From an uncultured Acidimicrobiales bacterium (GTDB taxonomy: Bacteria; Actinomycetota; Acidimicrobiia; Acidimicrobiales; UBA10347): DNA of 64,000 nucleotides. The position numbers and the translations under genes were made by a program. This document shows, piece by piece, positions 60,356 through 64,000 of this stretch; position 1 is the stretch's first letter, and every line of letters begins with the position of its first letter. The notes under the pieces were generated by a model. The model was given only the letters and a program-made list of their open reading frames with translations. It searched no databases and was not told the DNA's origin. The stretch spans positions 1 through 64,000 of the forward strand of contig CALSSD010000009.1 of NCBI GenBank assembly GCA_943788915.1, in the 5' to 3' direction.

Positions 60356-62940
60356 CCGATACACACCGCCCCGACGTGGTCATACTTATGACCGACGAAG
60401 AGCGAGCTGCTCCCCCCTACGAGTCACCCCAAGTGGCTGCGTGGCGCCGAACAGCGCTTCCAGGAGCCCTATGGTTCCAAGACAACGCGGTCAACTTCGG
60501 TCGCCACTACACCGGTTCGCTTGCCTGTGTGCCGAGCCGACCAACGATCTTCACCGGCCACTACCCCGAGGTCCATGGCGTCTCCCAGACCGATGGCCTG
60601 GGCAAGATGGCCGATGACTCGCGCATGCGGTGGCTACGTGAAGGTGAGGTACCCACGCTTGGCCACTGGTTCCGAACCGCTGGGTACGACACGCACTACG
60701 ACGGCAAATGGCATATCAGCCATGCCGACCTTCACGACGCCGACGGCGATCGCATCGATACCAACGATGACGATGGCAATGTGTTGCGCGCGGGCGTCGA
60801 GCAGTACCGCACCGCCGACCAGCTCGAACCGTTCGGCTTCTCGGGTTGGATCGGGCCAGAACCCCACGGCGGGGCCCTACGCGATGCCGGGGTGCGTCGC
60901 GATCCGCTGATCGCCGATCGCGTGGTGGCGTGGCTCGAGGATCGTTATGCAAAACGAGCCGTCGGAGACCCCGACGCGCTGCGACCATTTCTGTTGGTCG
61001 CAAGCTTCGTGAACCCGCACGACATCGTGCTTTTTCCTGCGTGGGCTCGCCGTGGCAGCCCACTCGAACCTTCGACGCTCGCCCCACCGAACGTGCCCGA
61101 GGCGCCGACCCAGCACGAGGATCTGGCAACCAAACCCGCGGCACAGATCGCCTTCCGTGACACTTACCCGTCTGGTTACGGACCGGTTCGTGCCGTCATG
61201 GGCACCTATACCAAACGAGCGCAGGAGTACCGCGACCTGTACCACCGGTTGCATGCCGAAGTCGATGGGCCGCTCGATCGTGTTCGGCGAGCGGTGACCG
61301 ACCAGGGTTCCGATGCCGTCATCGTGAAAACCTCGGATCATGGCGATCTACTCGGCGCTCATGGTGGCCTACATCAGAAGTGGTTCAATCTGTACGACGA
61401 GGCCACCCGCGTGCCGTTCTCGATCGCGCTCGTTGGATCTTCCGCCACGACGGGTGCAGCCATCAACGATGCACCCACGTCGCACATAGACATCATTCCA
61501 ACATTGCTCGCTGCCGCTGGGATCGAGGAGACAGCCGCTGCCGACCGACTACGGGAAGACTTCACCGAAGTGCATCCTTTGCCGGGTGCAAATCTGATGC
61601 CGGTCGTTGTTGACCCATCGGCAGCCGACCGCGATCGTGCGGTCTATCTGATGACGAATGACAACATGCTCGAAGGCGACACTGGTGCTTCAGGTCTCGC
61701 CCGGCGGCTCAAGCGCACGACCAAGCCACCATTGCCACTACGTATCAGCACCCCGGCTCATGTGGCATCGAACTTCGAGGGCCTTGTCCACCGCCTCGAC
61801 GGCACGTTGTGGAAACTGGTGCGCGTGTTCGATGACGCGGCGACGTGGACCGAACCTGGCGTGCGGCACCTCGCCGCCAGCGGCGGGCCTGGCCCTGACA
61901 CCTATCGAAGCGACCCGCTGTCCGACCAGTGGGAGCTCTATGACCTGAACGCCGACCCCATCGAAGCCAACAACCGATGGCACGACATCGACGATGACCC
62001 GGCAATCGCCGATGTCTTCGATCGCATGAGGAGCGTGCTGAACGCAGAACGCACCCGCGCTGTACCCGAACGCAACCACCCGTGGCCCTACGAACCACGC
62101 CAACCAACAGCAGGACCGATGACCAAGACACCTCCCCCGCCGGCTCGAGCGCTTCGGAAGCTCGTACAAAAGCTCGGTATGCATCCCGACGATCCCGAGG
62201 CCACCAGTTTCAACCTTGCCGGTAAACGTGGCCTTGTTATTGCCACCAACGTTGCCTGGCTCGACATCGCCAAACCAACCGGTGTGTTCGCCAGTGAAAT
62301 GACCGTGCCGTACTACGCGTTCCTCGATGCTGGTATGGACGTTGACCTGGCCAGTCCTGCTGGCGGCATGATCGCCGTCGATCCCAAGTCGCTCCGGCCC
62401 GTGGTCCGCACGCCAGAGGACGACCGGTTTATGGCAGACGATGACTTTCGCGACAAGGTGGCTCACTCGCTAGCAATCGGCGGCCTCGACATGACCAAGT
62501 ACGACGTCGTATTCCTCGCTGGCGGTTGGGGCGCCGCATTCGACTTTGGCTTCTCCGAAGATCTGGGCGTAAAAATCACCGAAGCAAACGCTGCTGGCAA
62601 AGTCATCGGCGGCGTGTGCCACGGCCCCCTCGGGCTGCTCAACGCGAAGGCCACCGACGGTTCGCCGCTCGTCGCAGGACGCAAAATCTCGGCGGTCACC
62701 GACAAGCAGGTCCATGAACTCGGCATCGATGCGACACCCCACCACCCCGAACGGGAGCTTCGTAGCGCCGGAGCCCTGTTTGAGAGTGAAACCAAGTTCC
62801 GTGACCCACTCGCCAACCATTGGGTGGTCGATGGGAACCTGGTGACCGGACAGAACCAAAACGCCGGACCCATGGTGGCCCGAGAAATGATGCAGATCCT
62901 GGCCGACCAGGATCGCCACCAGACAGTGAGCGCCTCATGA
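60352..62940 (+). CDS. Sulfatase fused to a C-terminal DJ-1/PfpI (class I glutamine amidotransferase-like) domain
   Basis: Sulfatase motifs TDEER, CVPSRPTIFTG, GKWH, SDHGD...HQK. DJ-1 motifs GVFASE, LAGGWG, VCHGP, VTGQNQ. Confidence 0.9.
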   Translation: MTDTHRPDVVILMTDEERAAPPYESPQVAAWRRTALPGALWFQDNAVNFGRHYTGSLACVPSRPTIFTGHYPEVHGVSQTDGLGKMADDSRMRWLREGEVPTLGHWFRTAGYDTHYDGKWHISHADLHDADGDRIDTNDDDGNVLRAGVEQYRTADQLEPFGFSGWIGPEPHGGALRDAGVRRDPLIADRVVAWLEDRYAKRAVGDPDALRPFLLVASFVNPHDIVLFPAWARRGSPLEPSTLAPPNVPEAPTQHEDLATKPAAQIAFRDTYPSGYGPVRAVMGTYTKRAQEYRDLYHRLHAEVDGPLDRVRRAVTDQGSDAVIVKTSDHGDLLGAHGGLHQKWFNLYDEATRVPFSIALVGSSATTGAAINDAPTSHIDIIPTLLAAAGIEETAAADRLREDFTEVHPLPGANLMPVVVDPSAADRDRAVYLMTNDNMLEGDTGASGLARRLKRTTKPPLPLRISTPAHVASNFEGLVHRLDGTLWKLVRVFDDAATWTEPGVRHLAASGGPGPDTYRSDPLSDQWELYDLNADPIEANNRWHDIDDDPAIADVFDRMRSVLNAERTRAVPERNHPWPYEPRQPTAGPMTKTPPPPARALRKLVQKLGMHPDDPEATSFNLAGKRGLVIATNVAWLDIAKPTGVFASEMTVPYYAFLDAGMDVDLASPAGGMIAVDPKSLRPVVRTPEDDRFMADDDFRDKVAHSLAIGGLDMTKYDVVFLAGGWGAAFDFGFSEDLGVKITEANAAGKVIGGVCHGPLGLLNAKATDGSPLVAGRKISAVTDKQVHELGIDATPHHPERELRSAGALFESETKFRDPLANHWVVDGNLVTGQNQNAGPMVAREMMQILADQDRHQTVSAS

Positions 62941-63772
62941 GCAACCACGCTGTCCCCCGATATGGCACCATCGATACCGACTACGGCATGCAGTTGGCCA
63001 CCACGGCCCCGGACCAGGATGGCCCGGTGTGGATGGTCAATCTGATGAAGTACCGAGACGTGGCCGAGTACGCCGATGGGCGCGAGTCCTCAATCAGCGG
63101 CAGCGAGGCCGACGACCTGTATTCGCCGCTCGACTCGCTGGCTGCTGTCGGCGCTCGCCCGGTCTTGTTTGGCGACGTCGACCAGCAACTTTTGGGCGAG
63201 GACACCGTGTGGGATCGCATCGGCGGTGGTGAAGTACCCGACCCGCAAGTCGTTCATCGACATGCAGCGCTGCCGAAGTTCAAGGAATCGCACAAACACA
63301 AAGACGCCGGCATGGCCAGCACGATCGTGATGGGAACCCAGCCGATCGCCCAACCGGAGGCGCCACCCGGTCACGCCCGGTCGACTGGGCCGACGTGCCC
63401 CATCCTCCGACCGACGACGACGGCCCCGTCGTGGTGGTCCATGTGCTGCGCTTCCACGATGCCGAGGCGGCACACACCACACCGACACACATGGAGCAGT
63501 ATCAAACCGAAGCCGCCAAGGTGTCGCTCGGACATGGCCTGCGGCTCAATGGCTGGTTCGCGGTCGAAGGCACCATCATCGGCGATGGCCGGGCGTGGCA
63601 TCAGGTGCGTTTCAACGAGTTCCCAAGCAAAGCCGCGTTTATGGCAGTGGTCACCGACCCGAGCAGCCTCGCTGCTCAGAAGGACCACCGAGAAGTTGCG
63701 ATCGCCGATACCTACACCATGATCGTGCGGGCACAGGTCAACATCCTGAACGATTCGATCACTACTCCGTAG
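62937..63772 (+). pseudogene. Tandem DUF1330-like alpha/beta-barrel protein with several frameshifts
   Basis: DGPVWMVNLMKY and DGPVVVVHVLRF halves. VKYPTRKSFIDM and EFPSKAAFM fall in different frames. Confidence 0.7.
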
Positions 63773-64000
63773 CTGGCCCCATCACCGAGAGCTACAAACC
63801 CTCGATCTCACCATCTGTCACCATTTGTCACCATCTGGTCCATCACGGTGATCGTTCGGCTGACCAGATCATCCAAGACCAGCTCACCAATGCCAGCAAG
63901 TTGCACCGCGACCCGGCCGTTCCATGGCTGGGTCCAATGTTGCGGAATGTCGCGGCCGCTTAGGCCCCACAACCCGCCAACGGTCGCAGCATTGCAGTCG

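Noticed and set aside
63808..63837. Three 10-bp tandem repeats TCACCAT(C/T)TG
   Set aside because: Too short and without context to assign a function.

Overview
GC-rich actinobacterial chromosome segment. Mycothione reductase, the gcvH-FHA-MerR-nuclease-MerR cluster, DUF3039 and many apparently leaderless genes point to Actinomycetota; Acidimicrobiia-like is only an inference. The left ~25 kb is accessory DNA: an IS256 nested in an IS3, sugar-modifying genes, a PAS-PAS-GGDEF cyclase bracketed by two degenerate tRNA-Ala(GGC) 3'-half att-like repeats, several decayed genes, a possible peptide-precursor/JmjC pair and lipid/aromatic catabolic enzymes. The middle holds an IS30 inserted into a GGGGTCAGACCCC palindromic repeat, then hrpA, an ECF-type transporter, mtr and aroC. 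The right end has a TetR-haloalkane dehalogenase-SRPBCC-sulfatase/DJ-1 fusion operon. Three observations stand out. (1) A thioredoxin-fold lipoprotein whose first active-site Cys is an in-frame UGA followed by a SECIS-like hairpin (probable selenoprotein, 45903-46634). (2) Integrase-free tandem att-like junctions built from tRNA-Ala fragments with arm-type repeats (about 5100-5350 and 8120-8320). (3) A putative RiPP-like precursor plus JmjC oxygenase module (12880-13572). Several single-base frameshifts may be assembly errors. All protein calls come from motif recognition by eye; no database searches were run.
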